DNA of 64,000 nucleotides, taken from Podarcis muralis (Eukaryota). The DNA is taken from assembly GCF_964188315.1 (NCBI RefSeq), contig NC_135662.1, positions 48,608,001 to 48,672,000 of the forward strand. Reading direction: 5' to 3'. The notes beneath the pieces are model-generated. The model made no database searches. It was not told the origin of the DNA and saw nothing but the letters and a program-made list of their open reading frames with translations. The translations under genes were made by a program, and so were the position numbers. Below are positions 40,037 through 52,877 of the stretch, in pieces. Position 1 is the stretch's first letter. Each line of letters starts with the position of its first letter.

Positions 40037-40942
40037 TAGAACTATATTAATATTTATTAACATGTTATAAGGTGGGGAGGGAGGTATACCTTATGGCATG
40101 TTTGCTGCTTCTTTTTCTTTTTGGCTTCATATAAATAAAAACTGAAGAGGTGAGCAACACTCCCCACAAGTCCTCCTAAAAAAACAACAACCCTCCAATC
40201 ACACATCCAGCTAGCTGTGTGGACAGTAAGGATGGAGCCAACATATTATCTGCACTGACTCTATGCTCAAATATTCAGGGGTTTTTTAGTCTTAGAACCA
40301 GCATGGCACCCTGTTTATTAACTGGCACATATTTTTCCTGTAATAGTTTCATTTTTTAATTTCCCCATTTTCGCTCTTCTAAATAGGATATCTGTGAAAA
40401 ACTGCGACAATTTTTAGACATTGCTTTTATAAATCCACACACTGCCACCACTTGTATTTTGATGTTGTGTGAGAATGCAGCCAGTTAAACAACAGGATGT
40501 AGGCTTGAAGTAGAAAATGTTACTGAATAGAAGACAGAGAGATGGTGATTAGATCAAGCCTGCAGTAATTATGTCCTGCCAAACTGAATATAAGTATGCT
40601 AGAGAACTTTGAAAAAGAATCCTATTTCACTGAAAACAAAGGTGTCAAGAAAATGTACTGTTGGAGAGGCATGGTATGACGTAATCTGTGAACACATGGC
40701 GTAAATTAAACAAAAGCATCAGGAATAAAAGCACCAGGGCCTAGAATTTCCCCTATACTACTTTTCCCCCCACAGGTCACAACTTACCCACAACTAAGTT
40801 CCACGTTATATTTGTGCTTTCACACGGCTTAAAAGCCACTTATGGAACTAGAGTGGAATGTCGTGCAACTTTAGTGCACATTTCCATGAGCAAATCCCCC
40901 CCAAATCCATTTGCAAATATGGAAATGAATGCTAAACCTGTA

Positions 40943-41179
40943 CAGTGATACCCCAGGTTACATACAAACACCTCGGATTACAAATGCTTCAGGTTAGAAA
41001 CACCACTAACCCAGAAGTAGTACCTCGGGTTACAGACTTTGCCCCAGGATGAGAACAGAAATCGCGAGCCAGCAGCAGCGGGAGGCCCCATTAGCGAAAG
41101 CACGCCTCAGGTTAAGAATGGTTTCAGGTTAAGAACAGACCTCCAGAACGAATTAAGTTCGTAACCCGAGGTACCATTG
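40943..41179 (+). mobile_element. Tc1/mariner-type MITE, copy 5
   Basis: Slightly diverged TIRs, TA TSD. Interior oriented like copy 1. Confidence 0.88.
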
Positions 41180-42834
41180 TACTCTGTTCCACTATAGTTT
41201 CACTGTACGGTATTGCACTGTCATTCAGGGAATGGCTTTCACATCAATACAATGCTAAAATTAACAGGGAAACATGAAAATGGAATGCACTGCTGTGTGC
41301 CTGTAGCCCTAGTCTCAGCATCAACCCTAATCTTAGCATGTAGATAAGAGTTTGGGGGCCTGGCTACAGCTCTGGAGCTCAGCAATCAGAAGCTTTTAGG
41401 TAGAACCAGAAGACACAATCCTGAACATTCCATAGACAATCTCATTTTATTTGGTATTATTGTGTGAAATGGACCAAGGAACAGAGGCTATATAACTGTG
41501 ATGGGTGCAATGTCTAGAAAAATCCTAGACCTGTGCTACAGTGCCACAAACAAAAATAGGCTTTATCACTAGATTCTTTCTTATCTTCTAGAATCCATTC
41601 TCTTAATAGGATTGAACTGCCAAGTCCCAACAGAGATTATTATCTCTAGAGCAATGACCTAGTGCAGTTAGAGTTGCTGCATGATAATATTTTGTCATGT
41701 TTGGAAAAGATAGTTCCCCTTTCTTATCATTTTGTTGTGTTATACCTATTTTTAGCTTGGAGGTTTATTCCATTTGAAACTATTTATCAGGGAGTGAATT
41801 GCATTAAGCTTCTTCAGTAGTTTCATTGCTAGTTATTAAAAAAAGAAAAGAAATATACATTTAGGCAAGTGGCTTACTTTTACTGCAGCAACTTTTACCC
41901 ATCCATGATATCTCTAATTTGCACCATTTGTCCCATTTTTTGTTTCATTATAATTATCAATGAATCAATATAATCCTCCAACAAAGTATTTAACATTAGA
42001 TAATTTGCATATAGATTATTTTATGTTCTTTAACTCAAGCCTGCGCTTCCTTAGGTGGTAAGTGTTGCTTTTAATTTCTTATTTTTTAAAAGTAGTCACT
42101 TTCCTCAGATCATCTTCATGAAATGCCCATTTAGCACAAAGTCTAATCTGCCCCCAATTTTTTCATCTGAAATAATTACTATCTCTAGTTCCATATTGAG
42201 TTGAATCCATCTGATATTCTTCCACTGCTGCAGCCATCCATAAGCAGAACAGGCACTGAGATGCCTTTTAGTGTTCCCCCTGCAGCTCCACTCTTCCTAC
42301 TTTGTTCTTAAAGTATATCCCACTAAGGAGGGAATGTGTGGGAAATTCTGGAAGGAAAAATCACCATGGAGTCCTGTTCCATTGGATTGATAGAAGGCTC
42401 TGGTGAATCAGAGTCTTCTGTCAGTGAAGGCACACTAATTGGATATAACCCAATCACCCCTGCAGGAAGTAACACCTGCAGCAATGCGTTATGGGCATGC
42501 ACAGGGAATCTCACATTCACAGAATGCTGAACTAGATGGACCTTCCATTCAAGAAAATATCAGTCATTCACTCATGTGGAAAAAAACAAAGAGCAGCTCA
42601 CAAGGATAGTTGTTGAGTGGGAGCCAAACCTCTTCTAGTATTCGACGCTGGCAACACATTCTAGGAATGAGGAAGGCTCAGCCCTCAAATTGTTACTTTC
42701 ACAGATATAAACAAATGTTGATTTCTCTGATCAAACAATTAGAGTAACAATTTTGGCCATGGTGAAATATTCTCTCTGTTACTGGGCAGTCCAGCATCAA
42801 TATAAGGTGGAGGACACTGATTTGCCAGAAGTGC

Positions 42835-43460
42835 ATGTGAAAAAGATCCAGGGGTATTAGTAGACCGCAAGCTTAATATGAGTCAACAGTGTGATGCAGC
42901 AGCAAAAACCCTCAATGCTATTCTAGACTGCAGCAACAGAAGTATAGTGTCCCAATCAAGGGAAGTCAAAGTCCTGCTCTATTCTGCCTTAGTCAGACCA
43001 CACCTGGAGTACTGTGTCCAAATCTGGGCACCACAATTTAGGAGAGATATTGACAAGTTGGAATGTATGCAGATTAGGGTGACCAAGATGATAAAGGGTT
43101 TGGAAACCAAGTATGATAAATGGTTGGGGGAATTGGGTATGTTTATCCTGGGTAAGAGGAGACTGAGAGGAGATATTATTGCCATTTTCAACTCTCTAAA
43201 GGGCTGTGACATGGAAGATGGAGAAAGCTTGTTTTCTCCTGTTCTGGAGGTTAGACCTGAACCAATGGATTCAAGTTACAAGAAAGAGGATTCTGACAAA
43301 CATCAGAAAGAACTTTCTAACAGAGGTGTTCAACAGTGGAACAGACTCCCACGAGAGGTTGTAGAGTCTCCTTCCTTGGAGGTTTTTAATCAGACGATGG
43401 ATGGCCACCTGTCATGTATTATTTAGTTGAGTGCCCTGCGTTGCAGGGGGTGGGACTCCA
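42835..43460 (+). mobile_element. CR1 LINE 3' fragment
   Basis: ORF 42878-43426 (MSQQCDAAAK...LVRPHLEYCVQIWAPQF...KRRLRGD...WNRLPREVVESPSLEVF) is the canonical CR1 ORF2 C-terminus. Confidence 0.9.
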
Positions 43461-43849
43461 ATTGTGTGATTCTACTTTTAAGGGTCTCGTGGTGTCCTCA
43501 GAAAATTTTGAAATGCTATATTGACTATTATCTGTTGCCTGTCCCACACTCACCTCATTGTAGGTGTAAATTGCAGGTATTAAATGTAGTAGTAAATAAT
43601 ATTAGTAAGGTTTCCAGATGTTCTAGCAATAGATCCTTTTTGAAAACAAGAAGTCCACTTTCTTCCACCCTCTGCTCATGATGTTATGGTGAACCTTCAG
43701 AGTGGCATTCTCTTGGGTGCAAGGAATTGTCTAGTTTGCTTAGTAGCCAATATATGAGTGTACAAGCATCCCTGTATCCACAAGCATCATTTTGAACCTG
43801 AGAGACCTAACTGAACTGAGTGTACTAACTGAAATCTTACTGGTGTCTT

Positions 43850-44330
43850 TCATAGTGGTTTTTTATTTCCTATCTTTCATAGAAATGTCATTCTTAATAG
43901 TCCAAGAAATGCACAGGCATTATTTCCAGTCACAGTACTTATTGGTTCATAGTAATTGTGGTTGACTAAGGTTCCATTTAATACCCCCCCAGCTTTTAAG
44001 AATATAAATATTGAATTCCAGTTGGTGAGGTCATCTCTATACCTTCATCATTTCTTAATCCATTTCTATTTTTACAATCCCATCAGTACGTTTTTATTTC
44101 TCTCTCCAGTATATGGCATTAAATAGGATCCAAGGTTGTTCCTTAAGGAACTTGTTCCATTTACTTCTTTCCAACATCTTGAGATAATATATTAATATAT
44201 TGTGGCTTTTTACATAGTAGTTCTATATAGTCAAAGGGCGGGGGACCAAAGTCATTCTGAGCTATTAACTATTAGATTCAATTTTAAAAACCACATCTTA
44301 TGTTGTCAAATATGGATTTATGTAATTACA
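43850..44330 (-). mobile_element. Possible old L1-like fragment
   Basis: AT-rich, coding-like reverse-strand composition. No intact motif recognised with certainty. Confidence 0.3.
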
Positions 44331-45349
44331 GGAAATAAAGTAGCAGCCTCAATGCTAACTAAATAATTTTCAGGCAGCTGCAGTTATAGCTGTGCTATCT
44401 ACAATATATTACATAGAACATTTAATCTTCAGGTCACTTTGCATTCATTTGCTATTCACCCATGTCCTTTAAGTATTAGATAGAAAGTCTGTTGTGATGT
44501 CCATTTTATAGGTCAGGCCAAGATTATGTGCTTTCATCAGTGCCGTACAGGAGATCATTAGCTTATTTCAGATACTGTAGTTGTTTTCAGGTAGGGCGTT
44601 TGTGAATAATATTGGAGGCTCAATAAGGGGAATGAATACACATGTATGTACAGTATAACAAAAATGGCAACCAAGGAAGAAGATTTGAACTCTCTGTTAC
44701 CACTATTATACTGATCATTTGTAGGTGCTGGAGTCTTAATATGTTAGTTGCCAGCTCTCTGGCTGATAAATTTGTTGCTATGAATGTGACCAGAGGCTGA
44801 ATAATGTTAACATGATAGCTGGGGATGCAGGATAATTGACTGGGACCAAACATCAGCAGTAGCAGGTGCAGAGTTTATTCTAAGCTTTTTTCCCCCAACT
44901 GCTCAAGCCCCCAAACTTTTAGTAAGCCAAAGAAAGAGAAAGGAAAGGAGGGGAGGGGAGGCGAAAAAAATAATAGATAAAGAGGGAAACAAGAGGCCAG
45001 GAAGGTTAGGAAAATAAGAAATAAAAAGACAAAGAACAAGAAAAATGGAGGTGCCTTGGGGAAAAAACTGGAATAAGAGAACGCTTTCCCCATATTATCT
45101 GGGGATGAGATTATCTGCCTTTCCTAATTTGAAGTTTGGGTACTGAGACTCCCATCTGATTATAACAACTAATTATAATTGTAGTGATTGGTATTTGCTC
45201 TATGTGGAAAAAAATGTTATTGTCCCTGAAAAATATATCGTTTCTGTTTACTGTTATGGTACACTAGGGGTTAATGAAAGCTCTTCACAAAACGGATGCT
45301 CAAAAACTGCATATTTTAGTTTGTATATTATTCACCATTTTACCTGGAG

Positions 45350-47107
45350 TAATGCAAAGAAATAGAGGAAAACAACAGAATGGGAAAAACCAGAGATCTG
45401 TTCAAGAAAATTGGAGATAAGAAAGGAACATTTTGTACAAAGATTACCATAATAAAGGACAAAAGTGGAAAGGACCTAACAGAAGCAGAAGACATCAAGA
45501 AGAGGTGGCAAGAATACACAGAGGAATTATACCAGAAAGATATGGAGGTCTCGTACACCCCAGATAGTGTGGTTGCTGTCCTTGAGCCAGACATCCTGGA
45601 GAGTGAAGTCAAATGGGCCTTAGAAAGCACTGCTAATAACAAGGCTAGTGGAAGTGATGATATTCCAGCTGAACTATTTAAAATTTTAAAAGATGATGCT
45701 GTTAAGGTGCTATATTCAATATGCCAGCAAGTTTGGAAAACTCAGCAGTGGCCAGAGGATTGGAGAAGATCAGTCTACATCCCAATCCCAAAGAAGGGCA
45801 GTGCCAAAGAACGCTCCAACTATCGTACAATTACGCTAATTTCACATGCTATCAAGGTTATACTTAAAATTCTACAAGGCAGGCTTAAGCGGTATGTGGA
45901 TTGAGAACTCCCAGAAGTGCAAGCTGGATTTAGAAGGGGTAGAGGAACCAGAGACCAAATTGCAAACATGCGCTGGATTATGGAGAAAGCTAGAGAGTTC
46001 CAGAAAAACATCTACTTCTGTTTCATTGACTACACAAAAGCATTTGACTGTGTCATCCAAAGCAAACTATGGCAAGTTCTTAAAAAAATGGGAATGCCTG
46101 ATCACCGCATCTGTCTCCTGAGAAATCTCTATGTGAGACAAGAAACTACAGTTAGAACTGGATATGGAATAACTGATTGGTTCAAAATTGGGAAAGGAGT
46201 ATGATAAGGCTGTATATTGTTTCCCTGCTTATTTAACTTATATGCAGAATTCATCATGCGAAAGGCTGGACTGGATGAATCCCAAGCCGGAATTAAGATT
46301 GCCGGAAGAAATATCAACAACCTCAGATATGCAGAAGACACAACCTTGATAGCAGAAAGTGAGGAGGAATTAAAGAACCTTTTAATGAGGGTGAAAGGGG
46401 AGAGCGCAAAATATGGTCTGAAGCTCAACATCAAAAAAACTAAGATCATGGCCACTGCGCCCATCACCTCCTGGCAAATATAAGGGGAAGAAATGGAGGC
46501 AGTGAGAGATTTTACTTTCTTGAGCTCTATGATCATTGCAGATGGTGACAGCAGTGACGGAATTAAAAGACGCCTGCTTCTTGGGAGAAAAGCAATGAGA
46601 AACCTAGACAGTATCTTAAAAAGCAGAGACATCACCTTGCCGACAAAGGTCCATATAGTTAAAGCTATGGTTTTCCCAGTAGTGATGTATGGAAGTGAGA
46701 GCTGGACCATAAAGAAGGCTGATCGCCGAAGAATTGATGCTTTTGAATTATGGTGCTGGAGGAGCCTCTTGAGAGTCCCATGGACTGCAAGAAGATCAAA
46801 CGTATCCATTCTTAAGGAAATCAGCCCTGAGTATTCACTGGAAGGACAGATCGTGAAGCTGAGGCTCGAATACTTTGGCCACCTCATGAGAAGAGAAGAT
46901 TCCCTGGAAAAGACCCTGATGTTGGGAAAGATGGAGGGCACAAGGAGAAGGGGACGACAGAGTACGAGATGGTTGGACAGTGTTCTTGAAGCTACCAGCA
47001 TGAGTTTGACCAAACTGCGGGAGGCAGTGGAAGACAGGAGTGGCTGGCGTGCTTTGGTCCATGGTGTCATGAAGAGTAGGACACGACTAAACGACTAAAC
47101 AACAACA
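45350..47107 (+). mobile_element. Bov-B (RTE clade) LINE, 5'-truncated, about 1.76 kb, reverse transcriptase (RT) region
   Basis: ORF pieces 45380-45904, 45917-46204, 46217-46483 and 46493-47098 are all in one frame and encode RT motifs (PIPKKG, QAGFRRGRGTRDQI, FIDYTKAFD, NLRYAEDTT). Tail GACTAAACGACTAAACAACAAC. Confidence 0.93.
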
Positions 47108-47679
47108 GGTTTCAGGGTATGAAACATAATGACCTTATTCCAGTTTGTCTGGAGACCTTGTGCCTATTGACCTAATTCAGTATGTAAATGCTTCCAAGCC
47201 TGAGGGTAAACCTCCTATGTGGCTATTAGTGCCACACTGGCGACCCCTGTCCTAATGTATGAATACTTTGGTTTGCAGTTTTTATTTTCTTTATTAGGGA
47301 TTTGGCTGCAAGGCACCTGGAACTGCATTTTCTGGCTTGTGTACAGTAACTTTGCTGAACATGCAATGTGTTTGAGGCTGCTCAGCAGTTTTAGAACTCT
47401 CTTCATCATAAATATACAGGAGTAAGGAACTGTAGAGCAAACCCAGCATGGCATATCTCTTTTCTTTATGAGTTAGTGGCTGCTGCATTAGATCATATTG
47501 GGCTTCCATCAATTTTCTGGTGCCATGAACATTTTGGGAAACAGAGGTTGTCCTAACTGGGATAGATGCAATGTGTAAGCTCTTTGTATCATATCAATAG
47601 GACTAGGAAATGTCAGTTGTTTGGGTTTTTTAAAAAAAATGACAAAGAGAACCAAATACACTTTTTGGGAGGGGGCGCC

Positions 47680-48410
47680 CATCTGTCTTGAGAAACAATG
47701 GGGTGCACCTCTGGGGGTGAAGTCAAACCCCTTCATTAGCATCACCAGAGTGACCTCCTTGGGGAACAAGCCTGAGCAGTGTGTGTGTGTAGGTCCTGGG
47801 CTGCCCAGATGGCAATACCCCCCTCTCAGTCTTGCTGATGTGGTCCAAAGGAAAGCAGAGCAATACATTTGGCTGCAGCAGTTGCTGGAAGGAGGCATAC
47901 AAGGCATCATCCGACCGTCTCAGGAACTCCACTCTGGATTTCTGTAGGGTTTACTCCTTAGCCTTTTCTTCTCCTTGAAGATATCTCTCAAGGCAGCAGT
48001 GATTTAGGATCAGAGTTTTCCTTCTCCTAGATAGACTACCTTCCCAGCCTGACAAGCCCCATCTGCCCCTCACTTCCCTCTACAGCACGTACAGAAACCA
48101 CCTTCTTGTCTGTAGGACCCACTATTGGCCTCATTGGGCTCAATCCACCAGAGTCTGCAGGGGATGTCCCTAACTCACTGAGAGCTTGAGACCCATTGGC
48201 TACCCTCACCTGGTTTAGCCGGCCAGTTGAAGCTGTTCCTGGCCGTGGCTGCAGTTGCATACTGACAACTTCTAGGAACCACAGGGGAGAGCCAAGTGCA
48301 GGGCAGGGACCAAAAGTGGACAAACTAAACCAGAAGGAGCATAACATGTCCCCCACCAGAGGTACTACCCATCCCCTAACACCCCATACACCCCAAGTAC
48401 AGACCATAAA
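47680..48410 (-). mobile_element. Non-coding RTE/Vingi-like non-autonomous retroposon (about 730 bp); short related fragment at about 6622-6686
   Basis: Shares CCTCTGGGGGTGAAG with 6671-6686. The - strand contains GGGAAGGTAGTCTATCTAGGAGAAGGAAAACTCTGATCCTAAA, resembling RTE 5' UTRs. No RT ORF. Confidence 0.5.
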
Positions 48411-49931
48411 GAAATAATGCTTCAAGCCTGAAAGTTGCCAGAAATCCTAGCAATATCAGCATGTGCTATAAGCATAAGAACCCAGCTAGTAGAATGTACT
48501 CACATTTTTAACCTGCAGCAACTTTTCATTAATTTCATAACAGTACAAAAATATAAATAAATTTACTGCAGATAAACGTACTGCAGTAAAACTGAGTACA
48601 CAAAACTGCACATGTGCAGGCAAAATATATTTCCAGAAAAGAGGTTGGCTGATCCCTGTACCCCTCTTTTTAAATGTAGAAATAATCAACAGTTCACAAA
48701 ACAATGGGCTTTCAATAGAAAGAATTACCTAGCACAGCACAAAAGAAATATAATGACAAACGCATTCCAGTTTATTGTTTCCGTACAGTTTAAAGAAAAT
48801 GCTGCATGGTGATTTGTTGCCTTGCTGGGCAGTGTATTGTTTCCTGATAAGTAGTGTGTCATGAATAGTGATTTATATTCAGCATTAACTCCTCCCCATT
48901 GCTTACAAAAGAAAAGTACAGAAATTTTAGTGGTATTATTTATGCTCTGGGGTTGCAGAGCCCTTTTAAGATGTTTGTTATGTAGCTTCTTCCACCAGAG
49001 GTACAGAGGGTGGCAACAAGAGAAGAGACTTTTTCTGTGGTGGCTCCCTGCTTGTGGAATGCTAAGGGACATACCATTAGGCACCAAGCAAAAATATTCT
49101 CCTTCTGCAAGACACATATATTTAAAAAGCTTCTCAAGTAGCTGGCTGCCGACTGCTCCATGTGGCTGGCAGGCAGCAAAACAAAACAAACAGAGCAACA
49201 AATAGGTTGATCCAAGAATTAGAAAATAAGATAGAAGTAGGAAAGGTGCACTAAAAGGAAGGTAGAAATAGCTCTTTAGGATGCTAGGGATTCTTGTAGC
49301 CAGGGTCCAACAACTTATGTCTCAGTCACCCATTTAGTTCACCCATTGGCTAAAAACATTGGCAGCCAGGCTGACTCATTTCACAGAAATTGCTTGGGTA
49401 CCTGCATGTTTTGCTTCATATCTTTTTCTTAAGATGGCTAGCATATTGGAGGGCTATTTGTGTGCTCCTCTGCTTTCCTTTGACACACTGTTTTTAGAAA
49501 AAAATGTCAGGAGATCCTCTCACAAATATCTCATGTCTCGCCTAATTTGGTTCTCAGGGCAACTCCTAGAGTGCTTTCATACTTGAGGATAGAATAGTTT
49601 TTGTGCATCTCTTCCACTATTTATGTTAATGGCTCATGGAAGGTTAAAGCATAAGAGAATGTGGAGCAGAGGCATTTGTGATGCAAATGACCATTCTTGT
49701 CAACACAAGTTTTGCATTTGCATCACAAAGCAAACTGAAGCAAGAGCCGCTTGTCTCTCTGCACTTTCTGTGGACACAAGCTCCAGAGTGGAGGAAGCAA
49801 CAGCAAGATCTGTAACTGGGGTTTCCTCCCTCATCACTTAGTGCAGACTAGACATAGCATGTGATCACTTCTGGTTGTTGTTCTTTTTAACCAAAAGCAG
49901 CTTGGGGAGGCTGTGAGTTTAAGTGGAAGGG

Positions 49932-49953
49932 GTGTGTGTGTGTGTGTGTGTGT

Positions 49954-49996
<43 letters not shown>
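49932..49996. repeat. Compound (GT)12-(AC)20 microsatellite forming a perfect palindrome
   Basis: Read directly. The centre is GT|AC at 49955/49956. Confidence 0.95.
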
Positions 49997-50001
<5 letters not shown>

Positions 50002-50174
50002 TTTTGTCATCTTGAGTTTCAGACAGTCTTTTCCAGCCTTGCCCGGAGTGCTGGGGAGTGAACCAAGGCCTTTTTGCATGCAAAGAATGCACTCTCTGAC
50101 ACTAAGCTTTTCCCACCCCTGAGCCTGTCTTTCTTTTGCTAGAATTTCCATGGACAATCTATGTGTTTTAAAGT

Positions 50175-50790
50175 GTTTAAGAACATAAGAGCTTTCTAGG
50201 TCAAGACCAATGGCCACCAAGTCTAGGGTTCTTTGCAAGTATCACTTGCACACTTCGTCTGCTGGAAATTGATCAAACGTCTGTCAGTGGATCACCGCCC
50301 ACCTTCTGTCAATTTCTGTGACAAGTGGAAGTAAAGCATTGGCATGATGGCTAGTAGCTGTTAACCCTATTTTCAAGCCATCCACATTGGATGTCATCAC
50401 TGCCTCCTGTGATAGCGAGTTCTATAGTTTAACTCTGCACTGTGTGAAGAAGTGTTTTCTTTTATCTGTCCTGAACCTTCCAACTTTCAGCTTATTTAGA
50501 TGTCCGTGTGTTCTAGTGCTCTGAGAGAGGGAGAAAACCTTTTGTGTCTATCCCCATGCATAAGTTTGTACTATTTTATCATGTCGCTTCTTAGTCACCT
50601 CTTCTCTAAACTGAAAAGTCCCAAATGCTGCAACCTTTCTTCACTCCACCCCCTTGTTCATTTTCGTTGCCCTTTTCTGAACTTTTCCTAACTATCTAAT
50701 ATCCCTTTTCAGGTGAGGTAACCAGCACTGTGCACAATATTCCAAATGTGGTTGCACCAAATATTTGGATAACAGCATTATGATATTGAC
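50175..50790 (-). mobile_element. Old CR1 fragment, antisense
   Basis: AAGAACATAAGA start on +, then CCTCTTCTCTAAACTGAAAAGTCC and CACAATATTCCAAATGTGG, reverse-strand CR1 ORF2 motifs. Confidence 0.7.
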
Positions 50791-50829
50791 AAATGTACAC
50801 TGTCCTCTGGGGTTGACTTATAGGGGTTA

Positions 50830-51303
50830 CCGTATTTTTTCGCTCCATAAGATGCACCTGACCATAAGACGCACCTAGTTTTTAGAGGTGGAAAGGGGGA
50901 AAGCCCCATTTTGGGGGGGATCAGCTCACAGTTGTGCAGCTCCTTTTGCAAAGGGGAAAAGCCCATTTTTTTGAGGATCAGCTTAAAGTTGTTGAGCTTA
51001 CTTTGCAAAGGGAAAAAAATCCTGTTTTTATGGGGTTCAACTCGCAGTTCTGCAGCTTCTTTAGGAAAGGAAAGGGAGCCGTTTCTACAGTTTCCAGACA
51101 GATAATCTAATCAGCCAGTCACATGTCGCTGGGGAAACAAACAGCCTCCGTCTGCAGAACATTCAACAATGGAGGCCTGGGCAAGGGGGCGCGGCCAGAA
51201 AGGGAGCCAGCGATCGACCACACATTCGCTCCATAAGACGCACAGACATTTCCCCTTACTTTTTAGGAGGAGAAAAGTGTGTCTTATGGAGCGAGAAATA
51301 CAG
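50830..51303. mobile_element. pogo/Tc2-like non-autonomous DNA transposon (474 bp)
   Basis: TIR CCGTATTTTTTCGCTCCATAAGA / TCTTATGGAGCGAGAAATACAG, TA on both sides, and a subterminal copy of TTCGCTCCATAAGACGCAC near 51225. Confidence 0.85.
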
Positions 51304-52800
51304 TATTTCTTAAAGTACGGGCTGACTCCAGTGGTATGTTCTGCTATCGGACCCTTGACTATCTCTGTTGCTTTCATAGCAGTGATCATGTTAACATATG
51401 GATTTATAAACCTGGCTGTAATCTATCTGTGTTGGAGTATGCTGGGAAAAGAGAGATGGGAAAATGCAACAATCCTGAATTGTTAGACCTGCACAGATTT
51501 GTACACTTAAAACCATGGGCTCCTTTTTTAGAAGCAAGTTTGGAAGGAAGTAATGAAAGTTGGATTGCCTGAAGCAGTTAAAAGATGGACTGGCAAAGCA
51601 CTCAAGAATACAATAAAATATTAAAATATAATGGTGCCAAGGAAAGATGACTACATGTCTTTTCCACCTCTAATCTAATTCATATGTAGACTTACTTAAA
51701 GTGCACTCTACGTCTGGTGTCTTTTTGGCCTGACCGGGCATTCCTAGGTAAAAAAATTCCAGTTCATGCTTTGCCTCTGGAAGACTGAAAATATGCGTCA
51801 TTATTTTTAACATAACTAGACTGTTGTTGTTTTTTGTTTTGCATATTGCTTTACTTTATTGTCTTACATATTTTTATCTTGAACCCCACCCTGGAATTGA
51901 TTTTAATGTAAAACAGGTAATAAGTCACATAAATAAATAAAGCCTGCAATCTTAGGTGCACTTACCTAAGTATAAGCCATTGTGGCACATTGAGACCTGC
52001 TTCTGATGCCTAGACTTTTCTTTTTCACCATTGTAGGAAATTTACTGAGCATTCCTATATGGAGCTGGGAAACATCTGAAACCAGGCTGCTTGCATTCGT
52101 AGAGCTGAAACCTGTGGGCAGATTTCCTTTGCCTTCTTTTGTCCAGTACTAGCTCCCTCTAAGGGGAGCATAGCAAGAATGGATCGAATGGCCTGCTCCA
52201 GTAATGGCCCCTTTTGGAACACTATTCTGTTTACTGTTGGTGAGAAGACTGCAGGTGGTAACTTCTCAAATTTCCATGCCTTCAGAGGGTGCAGCAGGGC
52301 CCTCCAGTAGCAGAGCTCCTCTCTCCCACCGGGAGAATGCATCAGAGCCTGGCGGAGAGACGCCCCTGGCTAATCATAATCCTATCCAGCAGCTCTCCTT
52401 AGGGGACAAAGCTTGCACCACTGAATTCTTTAACTGCTTGTTATTTTGCCACTTCTGACTGCAACTGAGTAACGTTATAGTTTCTCTTATTGACAATTAA
52501 AGAAGTGATCACACATTTCAGTGCTGTTTACTTGTGGCCAAAGGTATCAAATTGCTGGTACATGTTATTGTGTGATTTGTTGGTATTATTGTTTTATTTT
52601 CTATTACGTTTTCAATTAAATTAATACATAGGAACAGTTTTATATCTGCTTTACAGAATATTTCTATAACTCAACACATTTCTTTACATTTTTGTTCCAT
52701 TTTTGTAAAAGAAAATGGACTATGGGATGCACCTCATATAACACCCAATAGATCTTACATTATTAGGTTGATCAATATTCTTTTTTGTTTCAGTAAGATT

Positions 52801-52877
52801 TACTCAGAGTAAACTCACTGATATGAATGAACATTACTAAGTTAAGTTCATTAATTTCAGTAAGTCTACTCTGAGTA
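52801..52877. repeat. Short palindromic interspersed repeat; related copies at about 7095-7295, 16300-16345, 56690-56750, 57240-57335 and 62340-62400
   Basis: TACTCAGAGTAAAC ... GTCTACTCTGAGTA foldback. Shared CCCATTGAAATTAA / TTTCAATGGG-type motifs among the copies. Confidence 0.5.

Noticed and set aside
45380-47098. Functional reverse transcriptase gene
   Set aside because: It is 5'-truncated, has four in-frame stops, and the YADD motif is mutated to YAED.
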